A DNA stretch of 64,000 nucleotides, taken from positions 95,356,001-95,420,000 of the forward strand of contig OX597816.1 in assembly GCA_951406725.2 (NCBI GenBank), read 5' to 3'. The position numbers and the translations under genes are program-made. Positions within the stretch are counted from its first letter, which is position 1, and each line of letters starts with the position of its first letter. Positions 14,163 through 27,108 of this stretch are shown here, piece by piece. The stretch comes from Octopus vulgaris (lineage: Eukaryota). The notes under the pieces were generated by a model. It made no database searches. It was not told the DNA's origin and was given only the letters and a program-made list of their open reading frames with translations.

Positions 14163-14735
14163 GAAGTAAATATGTGCCGGGATATCAAAAAGGAGATCTC
14201 ACGGAGAGTAAGGGCCGGATGGAAGGCGTTCAATGGCATAAGGGATATGCTCAAAGGAAGGTTGGACAGGACCACCCGCGCCAACCTCATTAAAAGTGCA
14301 GTTCTGCCTGTAATGTTATATGGTAGTGAAACATGGGCTACCACAAAGAGAGAAGAGCAAAGACTGGTAACGGCTCAAAGAGCCATGGAAAGGTCAATGC
14401 TTGGTATCTCGTTGAGAGAGCACATAAATAACAAGATCATCAGAAAGAAGTCCGGCGTGAGAGATGTCATCGCAGAGTATACTCGCAGCAAGTATAGATG
14501 GGCTGGACACGTCGCCCGGCTCACCGATAATCGGTGGACGCACGCAGTTGTCGAGTGGTACCCGCGTGAGCGGAAAAGACCACCCGGAAGACCTCCACGA
14601 CGGTGGAGTGACGATTTCAAGAGGACGATTGGGATCACGTGGATGAGAAAGGCGCGATCCAGAGAGGAGTGGACAGCGTGCTGTGACCAGCGGTGTCAAA
14701 TGGACGCCTGACAGACTGGTCGGTCAGAGTGAGTG
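14160..14735 (+). mobile_element. RTE-clade LINE 3' fragment with open C-terminal ORF
   Basis: ORF 14172-14711 with VLPVMLYGSETW, RWAGHVAR and KRPPGRPPRRWSDD; GAGTGAGTGA tail; inserted in (TA)n. Confidence 0.9.
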
Positions 14736-14954
14736 ATATATATACAATACATATACATATATATATATAAACATACATATATATACATACATACACACAC
14801 ACATATATATATACATATATGCATATATATATGCATATATATATATATGCACACACAGACACACACATATATATATACATACATATATATATATCCACAT
14901 ATATATATATATATACATACATATATATATATATATATACACATATACATATTT

Positions 14955-15018
<64 letters not shown>

Positions 15019-15227
15019 ATAAACTTGGAAATGGATGCATAACGTTCAATCAAATAATTACACACACACACATATGTATATATACCCTTATTATTTTGAA
15101 GAACACTTTTAATTCTTATTATTTACTGCCGATTGTAGCTGCGCTTGCACGGTGGATATGAAAAATAATGTATACGAATGGAACACGTTTGTCTTCATTA
15201 TTCTATAAATATTTATCATTTTAGCGC

Positions 15228-15295
15228 CCTTACTGATGATGCACGGATGGCAAATTATATTATTTGCACATTGATGTTAAAACTCGCGTATAAGG
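15228..15295 (+). ncRNA. Hammerhead motif with G12A lesion
   Basis: CCTTA CTGATGA [stem II with GCAAAT/ATTTGC] AAAA CTCGCG TA TAAGG. Confidence 0.65.
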
Positions 15296-15442
15296 TTAAC
15301 TTTTGAAATGTTTTTATTTTTCATTTCCTTTGAAATTACTCTTATTCGTGGTTTGGGCTTTAACTGCCCTTTCCTGCATGTAAGGTGTTCTGTTAAGGTC
15401 ACCTCTTTTGTGTATAAAAACGTTCACTAATTTATATGAGAA

Positions 15443-15507
<65 letters not shown>

Positions 15508-15917
15508 TTTGTGTGTGAACTCGTGTATGTGTATCTATCTATTTAAATAACGTCGACTGTATCAAATTTCAAAGCAAACCAGAAGATATAATTATTTATA
15601 GTAAAATATTCCAATATGTAAATCGTATTTTCGAATAGTATCACCTCCGGTTATGTTTACAAACGACCAATAAATCGTTTGTTTATTTGATTATTGTATT
15701 TTCTCAGGGAAATTTTCGCAGAAAACATTCGCTGTAAAATTTAATTGATTTGAATGTAAAATAATTTGAAATTTTAAAGGGGCGAAAATTATTTGTTGCC
15801 CGGTGTAAAAAGCAGGAAAATATAAATCGACGTAAATACTATAGAAAAGTTCATTATAATCACATACAGCACTGTTCTATTACACTTTATACCCAATCGG
15901 CTTCTCATTCTCCATTT

Positions 15918-16020
<103 letters not shown>

Positions 16021-16239
16021 TTTTTATGTTTGACTGTCCACCTGTCTGTCTGTCCATATGTGTGTGTATGAATGGAAGTCATACACATGAAAAATGCTCT
16101 TTATAATCTAGTAAAATGGTTCTGCACAATTGAATCTGAGGACATTTGTGACATACCACTTGGAGAACTTAAGTATGCACACATTGGACAGCAATTGCCA
16201 CCATTTTAAATTGATAATGGAATACAATGTGGCAAGAAA

Positions 16240-16510
16240 ATTAATATCCAAGCAGTAAAAGAAACAAAGCAAAGAAATTTGAAGGACTGAGAAGTCTTAC
16301 CTCACCCTCCAGTCCTAAATCAAGGAAACCTACAACATAGTTCAAAATATTCCAACACTGAAAAAGGTTTTCAGGACAAACCGTCATAAAAAGCAACAAA
16401 CAAGCCAAACCAATGAAAAGTATATTAATAAGGCTAACTTCCGATCAACAATAGCGGAACCATCATTTAAAAATGTAGCATTTCCAACTACGATGTATGT
16501 TTAAATCTGC
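16240..16510 (+). mobile_element. Degenerate Penelope-like linker fragment
   Basis: VIKSNKQAKPMKSILIR resembles IIKSKRQPKSLKNLLT of the 39087 element. Confidence 0.4.
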
Positions 16511-16545
16511 CAGTAGTATCGCAGAATCCGTTTAAAGCTCTTTAG

Positions 16546-16584
<39 letters not shown>

Positions 16585-16619
16585 TATATATTCATATATT
16601 TCCATGCACACACACACAT

Positions 16620-16670
<51 letters not shown>

Positions 16671-17069
16671 AATATAACCAAATTCAGGGAACAAAACGGA
16701 TAAAATGAACGGTTAAATTAAGTGAAGGTTATTATTCTCGGCTAAGATGAGAATCTTCCTTTGAGTAATTATCAGCTAGTTAAGAAACACATGTAGCCTG
16801 AAGTTTACCTGTTCTACTCCCAGAATTTGGATTTTTGTCAGCATTTGTAGCAACTGTAGTTGCTTACGTTGAGTTATACAGAAACTATCAGCTTAACAAA
16901 TTTCCTCGGGAAAAAATGTGTAACATTCGATGCCAATTTCCCCGGGAAAAATGTGTAACATTCAATGCCAATGAATTGTTATTCCTACTTTTTGCTTTCT
17001 ATACCAGTCACGTACATATGTATGTATACACCTGTGTATCTGAAAATATCTAACGTATCTTTCTAATCT

Positions 17070-17270
17070 TGACACAAAGCCAGCAATTTTGATGGGAGCG
17101 TAAGTCGATTATATCGACCTCAATACATGACTGAAACTTGTTTTATCGACTCCTCGAAGGACAAAAGGCAAAGACGGCCTCGGCGGAATTTGAACTCAGA
17201 GCGTAATGAATGGAAGAAATGCTGCTAAACATTTTATCGGACATGTTAACGATTCTGCTAGCTTTCAACC
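17070..17270 (-). mobile_element. SINE family B
   Basis: Reverse complement of CTGAGTTCAAATTCCGCCGAGG...TTTGCCTTT, as at 44280. Confidence 0.75.
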
Positions 17271-19392
17271 TTTATCTGACAATGTAATGTCTACAATAAC
17301 AGTGCTCAGAATGATGTGAAAGCAATACGGGGCCAAAAGGTATATTTAACACGACGTATGGTTCTGCAAAGATTACAAATTTGAATACCATAAAATAGAC
17401 GAATAAAACTCAGTGATAAAGTACACAAATGTACGCTAAGAAACAACCAAATTTTAGATTCTATGATATTCCTCTTTCGAATATCATAGTAGTGATGTTG
17501 GATAATAGTGACAGTAGTATAAGCTTCATCTTTTGGGAGACCTCTGCGGGTAATGTATTTATAATAGTTATATTTCTGAAGTAATTATTAGGTGGTGTAT
17601 TCTAAACGCAATCATAATTTGCATTGTTTCTTTCTAGACTTGCAAAGTCATTGACTTCCCGGATGAGAGTACTAAAAAATATATTAGAAGGAGAGTTAAA
17701 ATAATATTAATATCTGTTACCTTATTTTTGGCCTTCAGCTCTTTCCTAATTATTAATTAATATAGTTGAATATAATGTTCCTTCCTAAACTTTTCTTTCA
17801 TTTGAATATGTTGATCATTAGGTGGTTAGTCTAATTCTATTGTTATATTAAAATATATTTTTATATTTATTAATTATTATATATATATATATATATTTAT
17901 CTTATACTTTTTCCAGTCTTTGGAATGCAGGCATAAAGGATTTTAGTTGAACGAAACGAATCCTGTATTTACGAGATCTTTTTGTAGTCTAGTACTTATT
18001 TATTCAGAGATTTTTGCCGAGCCATTAAGTTACGGGAACATAAACAAACCAGCACCAGTTGTCAAGTGGTGCTGGTGGTAAGGATGTGACAAACATAGAC
18101 ACAAAGACACGAACACAAATATACACAACGGATTTTTACCTAGTTTCTGTTTACCATATTCACTCATAAAGCATTGGTCAACATGGGGCTATAAGCTACA
18201 GTAAAAGACAGTTGACCCGTGTTGCTGCACATAAGGACTGAATCTGAAACCACGTTTTAGATTCTTTTACAGCGGTCACTTTGAAGTCATCTGTATACAA
18301 AAGATGTTTGCTTGACCTCGTTCAGCATTTGAATCAAGCCGAGTGTGGCATAAACTGTTGGTTAAACAGAAGAGCCAAAAGCGAGATACCTCTTTCAACA
18401 TCGCACTTGCAATAGAGATACACATGGGGTTGACGCCAGAAACTGACCGATTAGTAAAATCATGTGATCCGAATTGAGGTAGGGGTGATGGGGAAATGTT
18501 CGATTTACAGAAATAGAAAGCACCAGTACCACTACCTTGCCTGCTTACATTCACGCATCTATGTGTATATAGGCAGGCAGACAGCATGTATACACATCGG
18601 CACATCTACGGAAATACACACACACACACCAACTGCGTGCACGCTCACAATATGTGCCCACTCTATCGCACATAGATACATACACAAACATTCACGTGCA
18701 CCTAGGTGCACGTACTCCTGAAGTAGCGGCATACACACATGCGCACACACACATGCACTCACACACACACACACACGCCAACTGTGCGCACGTACAATAT
18801 ATGCAAGCACGCATTCGCATTACCTCTCTTAGATAAATGTTTATGATCACTATATTTTCTTTTAATGATAAAGATCTCTATTTTATTCCTGCTTTCTTCC
18901 CTTCGTCATCTTTTTCTTGTTACTCCTTATCTATACATGCCTTCCACTCCCACATATTTCGATCTATCCTTCCCTTGACATACTTCTTGACTTTTGCTTG
19001 TTTTTTTAGAATTTTTATTATTATTTTGTACTACTATTCCTCTATTCAGTTCATTTCCCCGCTGCAACAACGTAACCTTTAATTAAGGTAATCTCAGCCT
19101 AATCATTAGTTACGATGAGCACTTTTCTTTGCAGAACTATAACATTAGAGATTCATCTAAGAAACATATGTAGCGTGTCTTCGTCTTTTGTTTTCTGTAA
19201 ATTTGAACTATATATGTATACATACAACGAGATTTTTCAGTTTCCGTCTACAAAAAGGCTTTGGCTGTTCGGGGGCTTTAAGAAAAGACACTTGTCTAAG
19301 GTGCCACACAGGGAAACTGAAGCTGGGATAATGTGGTTGGGAAACAAACTTTTTATCACACAGCTACTTCTGCTTCTATAAAACTAAGGATA

Positions 19393-19463
19393 CACAACGA
19401 CCGGGAATCGAACTCGGGCTCAGCACGTAGTAGGTGAATATTCTGCTACAGAACCACCGATGC
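19393..19463 (-). pseudogene. tRNA-Gly(GCC)-like pseudogene or SINE head
   Basis: Minus strand GCATCGGTGGTTCTGTAGCAGAATATTCACCTACTACGTG...CCCGAGTTCGATTCCCGGTCGTTGT aligns with eukaryotic tRNA-Gly GCATTGGTGGTTCAGTGGTAGAAT...GGTTCGATTCCCGGCCAATGCA; anticodon arm mutated. Confidence 0.7.
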
Positions 19464-19527
19464 AATAGGAAATGTTTTTGAAATTCCACCTTTTTAAAAA
19501 TCTTAAGTGTTTGCCATTTATTCATAA

Positions 19528-19911
19528 CTAGCAGTATCGCCCGGCGTTGCTCAGGTTTGTAAGGGAAATAACTATAAAGCATTTTTAGAGAGTTATAGCC
19601 AAAAAATAGCAAAAAAATGGAAAAAATGATGGTAAATTTTGTTTTGAGATTTAAAAAAGGTAGAGTTGCGTCCCCTAGACAGTTTGTGGTTCGTATTCCT
19701 GATTCTCGACCCCATGTCGAATTTATCGATTTTTTTCAGAACTGGGGGAACTTTTCAAAATTTTCGCTGCGTTAGTTTTTAATTATGACATTGGGCTATG
19801 TGTGTGTCAAGTTTCATCAGAATCGGTTGAAAGCCGTGGTCAGGGTGAGGGTACAAGCAAACAGACACACAGAAACACGCACAGACAAACTGCCGTTTAT
19901 ATAGAGAGAGA
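19528..19911 (-). mobile_element. Non-autonomous Helitron
   Basis: 3' hairpin plus CTAG at 19528; 5' TC end shared with 30085-30331 and 62440-62682. Confidence 0.88.
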
Positions 19912-20714
19912 TGAGTTTAATTTATCTGTACATTATTGGTGCTACCTTAGATATGGTTGGATTTACCAGTACATTTCCTGGTTCTTAGCTGTGCATCACA
20001 AGGTCAAAAACGTAGTCAATAAATTTTATACTAACGCTCTCGATTCTCCAGTCTTCGTTTATGACTTTATTTATCAGTAATTGATCTTTGCGATGATGTA
20101 TGCCTTTGTAACATAATTTCCGTTCTTCTAGAAGTGAGGTTCCTTCCCACCCCATTAATGGTAATGTAACCTCTGATTTATTACTGTTAAGGTTTTCTAA
20201 GCAGTAGACAAGCAGTTTATGAGCTAGGTACTTCTTTACGTTTAATGAGCCATTCACGTACCGTTTCCAACCTCATCACTATAATTTTTTCAGTAGCTCT
20301 ATTTTTATTGCACGTTTTCACTACTCAACCGAGTGCAGGCATGTGCGCTTAGGACGGATAAAATGTTTAATTTTGTTCTTTTCTATTGTACTGAAAATTG
20401 TTTCTGTGAGTATTTATCTATATAGTATTGGCAGAAACATTACAATATCCTAGAACATATCTGGTGGCAGTTAGTTACGTCTTTTTACATTCTAAGTTCA
20501 CATACGACTGACATGATTGCTTTTTAAATTTCCGAAGTCTCTTAAACAATTCAACAATTACCAGTTAAGCACGGAGGAAGAGTTGATGATAATGATGATG
20601 ATAATGGTTCTGATAATAATCATCGTCATCAAAACAATATATACATATATACATGCACATACGTAAATACTCACATAATGTAGTAATTCATAAAATCACA
20701 AGGACCACCACTTA

Positions 20715-20912
20715 ACAATTTTAAAAATATTTACTTAAATAATTTTTCGTAATACGGTGTCAAAATTTTCGTCGCTCGAAACTGCGATCTGTTCATCAAC
20801 AGAAAATTCTTCCTGCATCACAAGAGATGCGGCAGAATTTTTTTTCAGTGAACAGGTTGTAGTTTCGAGCGAAGAAAACTTTTACATCTCATTAGAAAAA
20901 ATGCTTAAGTGA
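20715..20912. repeat. Imperfect fold-back hairpin, PLE-type remnant
   Basis: TCGCTCGAAACTGCGATCTGTTCA...GCATC pairs with GATGC...TGAACAGGTTGTAGTTTCGAGCGA around a tiny loop near 20822. Confidence 0.75.
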
Positions 20913-21739
20913 AGTTGACGGTTTGCAGTAGGAATAGTTTTTCTCTCTATGTGAAAGATAAGTTTATTTTCAAATAATGATAATCTATTTACTAATGTGT
21001 TTCTGTGTTTATCGCTTGGCATTGAAAATTTTAAAAAACATTTAAACAACACGCATACTTAATCTTTAAAACAGTCAGAAATAAGATGAACATCCGTTAA
21101 TTTCTGAAAGGATGAATAGACAAACATGACAATACTTAATACATATTTGTCTCCCGGAAGAGAGAATTAATATGCATGCGGATGCACACATTTGCCGAAT
21201 ATAATTTTCAATATTTTTTTCATTCTAAAAATTTGAAACACAATAAAAATTAATTCAATTTAATAAAAATATTTATAAAAAATTAATAATTTATTTAACG
21301 AGAAATAAACAATAACACTGATATGATTACGCTAATAATTTATTTTCTGTTATTTAGATTATTGATTAAGTTGTAGCGAGAATATTAAGAAATGATTACC
21401 ATTCAGATGCTGCTGGTATTTTGTAATCTAACATAAACTAAAGTGCAAGAGAGAATAATACTTTAGATGCTATTCTTTACTTCAAAACCCAAAGTAGCTC
21501 ATGGCTATTTTGACCATGGCTATTTCAATGCTCACCTTCAATATAAGAGTTTTCTTTTCCAACATTTACCACTACAAAGCCGAATAATTCTTTAAAAATG
21601 CGAATGTTACCTTGATCTCATGGTCTTTGAAAATAATAAAAGTAAAATATTGAATTTTATTTTGTTTTTGGATTGTTTTCAAAACATACATGTGGCATGT
21701 TTCAGTCTTAGGTATGATGGAATTTACAAATATAAAGCA

Positions 21740-22070
21740 CTTCATGGCCTACCTCTCCGTCGATTACGACGAAGAGTATTCCAGTTGATGCGATCAATTG
21801 AAAATCCAGCTAGTGAAATTTACGTGCATGCAGCTGAGCACCCCATAGATCTTCGTGTCCTTTGTGTAGTACTCAAGGAGATTCTGTATGACACAGACTA
21901 TGACAAAGCTGGCCCTTTGAATTACATGTATAACTCATTTTTGCCAGCTGAGTAAACTGGAACAAAGATAACTAAAATGTCTTGCTAAAGGACGCAACGC
22001 ATCTTAACCGGAATCGAACTCGCCTTGGGATCATGAGCCGAATACCCTAGCCATATGCCATGCACTTTCA
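21740..22070 (-). mobile_element. tRNA-derived SINE (family C-like)
   Basis: Minus-strand head GCATGGCATATGGCTAGGGTATTCGGCTCATGATCC...GAGTTCGATTCCGG with A/B-box character. Confidence 0.65.
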
Positions 22071-22289
22071 GGGAACTTTATAAAAATATTAATATTACAA
22101 ATATCACGATTGAAAAATATGACCCTCTCTAAAATTAATCATGTCCCACCAAAGGCAGTTGTGAAAGGCTAAGTGGACCGGAATGAAACATGAACTAAGA
22201 ACGTTAAGCCATAAATTATAAATATAAATATCTTAATAACTTCTCTCATTTATCATACAACTCACATACACACACACATAGTGTCTTCA

Positions 22290-23230
22290 AAGGGTGAACA
22301 TCAGTTTGCATATCAATGCAACACTACAGTGTGAGATAAAAGGTATAAGGGGAGATCGCTTTTTAAATCTTCTTTATCCCCTTTCAGTGGAGCAGGATGG
22401 CATTTCGCTCTTCCAACAATGGGCATAATATATTCCCTTCAGGTAGCAATTGAAGCATAGAATGAGGTGTTTCCACATCTGTTCACCGCCGCAGTGTGTG
22501 AACGAGCTTCGGTGATGATTTATGAATGCTGGTGTAAAGCATTTTGCATACTTTCTCCATCTCCCCTTTGTTTGTTACCGTGAGCCCATCCTTGATTTTA
22601 GGTGCCGCTGCCTCTCATCAATAGAGCATCAGCCCTGTCTTGCGTCTTTCTAAATTTGCCTTTTCCTCTGCAGCCTGCAACAGCTGCTTTAGTCTATGAC
22701 TCTCGAAGTCATTTTTTAAATGTTGTCGGGAGTTGATCTTTCATGTTCCTCTTCACAGTATTCCGTTTCTTTAACATTTTCTACGTTTCCTTCGAGATTC
22801 TTCCGCCAAGCTCCTGCTGGCTGGCAGTTCTGGCTTTCCATTGCAACTTTTAATTTTCTGGAGCAGCAAATTGTAGTTCTCATCGACCTCTTTAAGATGA
22901 CTTCATATATCCTTCTTGATAGCTTCCTGTAAATGTTTCATATTAAAGGCTGGACTCTTCAGTAGCACCGTCCTACCTCCGCTCATATATGCAAGTGAGA
23001 CGTGGGCTTCAACGAAGGGCATAGAATATCAACTGGTTATAACGCAAAGGGTCATGGAAAGATCCTAATTGAGCTCATTCGAAATTAGTTAATTTAAGAA
23101 TAGAGCGGATTGAACGCTGTGATCGCAGAGTACCGAAATCACAAATTACATTCGGATGGACATGTCACAAGGGTTACATACAAGATATGGGCCCGTGCAA
23201 TTGCTGAGTAGTATCCAAGACATCGGAAAA
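22290..23230. mobile_element. Degenerate RTE LINE in two opposite orientations
   Basis: Minus 22290-22930 gives EMEKVCKMLY and KGDKEDLK..LLSH; plus 22960-23230 gives FSSTVLPPLIYASETWA. Confidence 0.55.
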
Positions 23231-24079
23231 TTCTACTTCTCGTAAAACTATCTAAGAAGTCTCTTAGATAGTTTTACAGTAATAGTCATAATCCTATTTA
23301 GTTACGTATCCAAACTAAATGCTGTCAAGTTGGAATGATCAACCAAACGACAGACAGTAAAAATATGATTAACTTTACACACACTTGCACGGGGTACTTC
23401 AGAATCTTGGCCCAGCAGAAGTCGCCGAATTCTTGACCAAATACATGCTATATTTCGAAACACGCGCGCATACCCATTTATAGATATACGAGCTTCGTCA
23501 ACCGAATCTCGCTTAGAAATTATTGGTTAAACAAAGGGTATGCTACAAGACGTTTGTGCAAGATGCCGGTCTATGGGATCGAACACATCATGATGTTGCT
23601 GCGAAGCGTTCTTCTAAACCATACAAGTATGCCTGCGCTACATGAACACACCTGCTAAAAAATAACAACTCCGAAATTATTATTTAAATGACATAAAACA
23701 TCTTCAACCAGGTGTGGAAACCGTCATATACTTACCTTTCTTCCTCGTTCTACGGCACACATAACCAGCAGGAATATATTTAATTTTAAATATATATATG
23801 ATTTATGATTCATGTGGTGGGTAGCTGAGAATTTCGTAATTTGCAGATTTTATCTCATAAAAATATATCATATTTCATTAATAGTTTCTTAATTACTCGA
23901 GCTACAATAATTTCTAAGCATTTCTTTTGTTAGCTTCAGACTATGATTCTAACTTCTTTTATACAGAATCTCTTGAAATGTATCTGATTATTCTAATATA
24001 TTTCATCAATACCTATTCATATTTACGGATATCTCTTAATCTGTTGATTTCTTTTTAGTCATTTTCTGTTATATGCGTC

Positions 24080-24140
<61 letters not shown>

Positions 24141-25148
24141 CATATAAATGTGTGTGTTTGTATGTGTACGTAATTTTCTCTAGAAATTCTCTACTCCAAT
24201 AACGGATACACCTGACATATCTTATTAACACGCAAACCATAATTATTATTCATTTGTGAGCCACCAACTAAAGACATGAAAACATTGACAATCTATCTGT
24301 AACTTATTCATAGAGTTCATATGACTCTTTATTTTCCAACTTTCTGAAAAATGCTGTTTTACTCTATCATCTCACATTCTGCATTAATATGTTGTGAGTT
24401 CATTTTTCTCTCTGAAGTTATTAATATTAATAATGCAGGCAACTACTTCTGTTCCCGATATTTATGTCACGCAGTGCTAAATATTCGTGCAAACTTAAAG
24501 ATCTGTTCCAAATAGTATACCCTTCTACCTGTATCCATAACTGAATCTCTCATCCTCCATAGTGCGCTTGACCTCTTACTCGTCAAAAAAACCAAGCAAT
24601 CGCTCAACAGCAGTGGCGCAATTAATAGGGTAGCAAGGAAAGCGACCGCTCCCATTGAGTACTTTTTAAAAACATTTGGCGTTTTAACAAAATTTTTTAA
24701 ACTCTTTAGTTTGCTTGTGCAGCAAAAGTCGAACCTCCTATTTTTTGGGGTGATTGCATGGCTTTGGGAGACTCTCTGGACTCATTACTTTATTTGATCA
24801 ACCTCCTGTATTCTTGATCTGTCTCATGTTTCAATAACAATAACTCATATAGGTCTGACGTGAAAAAGATGAAACTCCATGGGCTTGGCGTGTTGAAGTT
24901 ATGCCGTTAGGATTTGTTTTGGTTCTTCAGAAATCAGGAGCCAACAACGCATCAGAAAAGACTGAGCAGACAGTGTCCACGTCCAGCCCGCAGCTACTAC
25001 TTCTGTGTAATGCCTTAATGGCAAATCCAATGAAATAAAGTAGCTTGCTTACCAGCCACGCTCTGCCTGGCACCTTGGGCAAGTGTCGTCCACTATAGCC
25101 TCGGCCAACGAAAACTGGATTTGATAAACGGAAACTGAGGGAAACCGG

Positions 25149-25210
<62 letters not shown>

Positions 25211-25213
25211 ATG

Positions 25214-25249
<36 letters not shown>

Positions 25250-25445
25250 CATGTATATGTATATGTTTGTGTGTCTGTGTTTCTCCCATCCATCACTGCT
25301 TGCCAACCAATTTTGGTGTTTTTACGTCCCCGCATCCTAGCGGTTCGGCAAAAGATGCCGATAGAATAAGTACTAGGCTTACAAAGAATATTTATTTTCA
25401 GTATTTACATTTGACGGATATTTGCCCTCATCTTGTTTGTTGTTA

Positions 25446-25489
25446 ACACAAAGTTTCAGCTGATATACCCTCCAGCCTTCATTAGGTGT
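25446..25489 (-). ncRNA. Degenerate minimal hammerhead
   Basis: Minus strand ACAC CUAAUGA A GGCUG..CAGCU GAAA CU UU GUGU; G5A lesion. Confidence 0.55.
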
Positions 25490-25548
25490 CTTGGAGAAAT
25501 CTCGAACCTGGGTTCTCATTCCTAAGGTAGTTTTTGATGGCGTTGTTG

Positions 25549-25594
<46 letters not shown>

Positions 25595-25669
25595 AGTCAC
25601 TGTCTGGAATCGAACTCGGAATCTTGGGGTTAGTAACCCGCGCTTTTAACCACTACGCCATATGCCCAG

Positions 25670-26518
25670 TCAATCTCCCAGACAGTAACGCACGAATTCA
25701 TACAACTCAGATTAGTTACATACGCGTTTCCAGATTAAAGTAAAGTTATATTTACTTACTTATTTCTCATCTTCAGTGCAGCATTTCAAGATATAAATTT
25801 GAGAGTGCTAGGATTTAATATGTAGGCGATCGAGCGCCATCGCATAACTGATATCCAACCAACACTTCCAAAAATATACAGCCGAACGTGAACACATGTT
25901 TACCCTCAATCCCCTATGGTAGTAGAAAAAGAACTTAGCTCCTATTTTTAAATTCGGTGCGTGGCGAAGCAATTTGCTGACCCCTAATTATAATTGTGTT
26001 TATAATTATAGAATATTCGTATAATTTTACCTAAAAAGGTTATTTTAAGGTACCGATCTACTTGGTAAAAGCATTAATTGTTAATTTTACCCTTTTACTA
26101 TTAATATTGAAATTATAATTTACTCCCTGATCGAAAACTGTAGTTTCTGCGGGATTGCTCGTAACACACACGTGGAGATTGAGGATAAATATGTGTTCAG
26201 ATTCGGCTGTATTTTTTGGAAGTGTTGGTTGGATATCAGTTATGCGAGTGCGCTCGATTGCCTACATATTTATATCTTGAAATGCTGCACTGAAGACGAG
26301 AAATAAGTAAGTAAGTATAACTTTATTTTAATCTCGAAACGCGTATGTAACTAATCTGAGTCGTGTGAATTCGTTATTTTTTGCTTTTTGCCTACGAAAA
26401 TAAAGTGTGTTACTGTCTGGGAGATTTTTACGGTAGTAGAAAAGGAGCTTAGCTCCTATTTCTAAATTCGGTGCGTGGCGAAACAATTAGCTGACCTCTA
26501 ATTCTAATTATGTTTATA

Positions 26519-26525
<7 letters not shown>
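25670..26525 (+). mobile_element. Non-coding Penelope-type element: inverted 5' piece, direct terminal repeat and hammerheads
   Basis: 25672-25885 is the reverse complement of about 26200-26425; 25918-26010 is directly repeated at 26432-26525; ends in long (TA)n. Confidence 0.8.
26286..26349 (+). ncRNA. Type I hammerhead ribozyme, canonical core (inverted copy at 25717-25780, minus)
   Basis: TGCA CTGAAGA C GAGA...TCTC GAAA CGCG TA TGTA; palindromic stem III ACGCGT; GUA cleavage triplet. Confidence 0.8.
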
Positions 26526-26611
<86 letters not shown>

Positions 26612-26632
26612 CATATATATATATATATATAT

Positions 26633-27067
26633 AAAGTATAGGAAAGAATGGAGCTGAACGAAGATTTAACAAAATTCCATTATTTTATTTTCGACATATT
26701 TACTTTTGTGGGCTCCTCGTGAGCAGTCATCGAAAAGCTTGTTGTGCATTTTGTTGGAGAATTAAGTTCCTGGATTTTCCTGAAGAGAAAGCTGCATAAT
26801 GGACTCCTTAGTCACTCGGAATTAGGGACTTTGCAGACTTCGAAACATATGTCGAAAATAAAATAAAGGAATTTTGTTAAATCTTTGTTCAGCTCCATTC
26901 TTTCCTATACTTAATATATAAAACTTCAAATTTCCGCACTAAGGCACGGATTTTATGCCCTATGGTCGTAACTTCAACCGTGCCCTTTCTGTTGTGAGTT
27001 TGCTACCCAGGTATCGGTTATCTTTCGAATTATCCGTAATAAGATAATTCACTTGTCTACTTAAATA

Positions 27068-27072
<5 letters not shown>
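26633..27072 (+). mobile_element. Non-coding Penelope-type element between (TA)n tracts, with short inverted arm
   Basis: 26634-26699 is the reverse complement of 26847-26912; contains a hammerhead. Confidence 0.8.
26774..26859 (+). ncRNA. Type I hammerhead ribozyme, canonical core
   Basis: ATTTTC CTGAAGA GAAAGCTGCA...TGCAGACTTC GAAA CATATG TC GAAAAT; 6-bp stem I; GUC triplet. Confidence 0.85.

Positions 27073-27107
<35 letters not shown>

Positions 27108-27108
<1 letters not shown>

Noticed and set aside
16735-19175. GATGA...GAAACA(C/T)ATGTAGC motifs near 16745-16800 and 19110-19175
   Set aside because: They suggest decayed hammerheads, but the core and stems I/II cannot be assigned cleanly.
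20750-20890. Possible hammerheads in this hairpin and at about 43160-43680, 57485-57535, 62000-62040 and 42950-42995
   Set aside because: Each needs several corrections to fit the consensus; not supportable without a family alignment.
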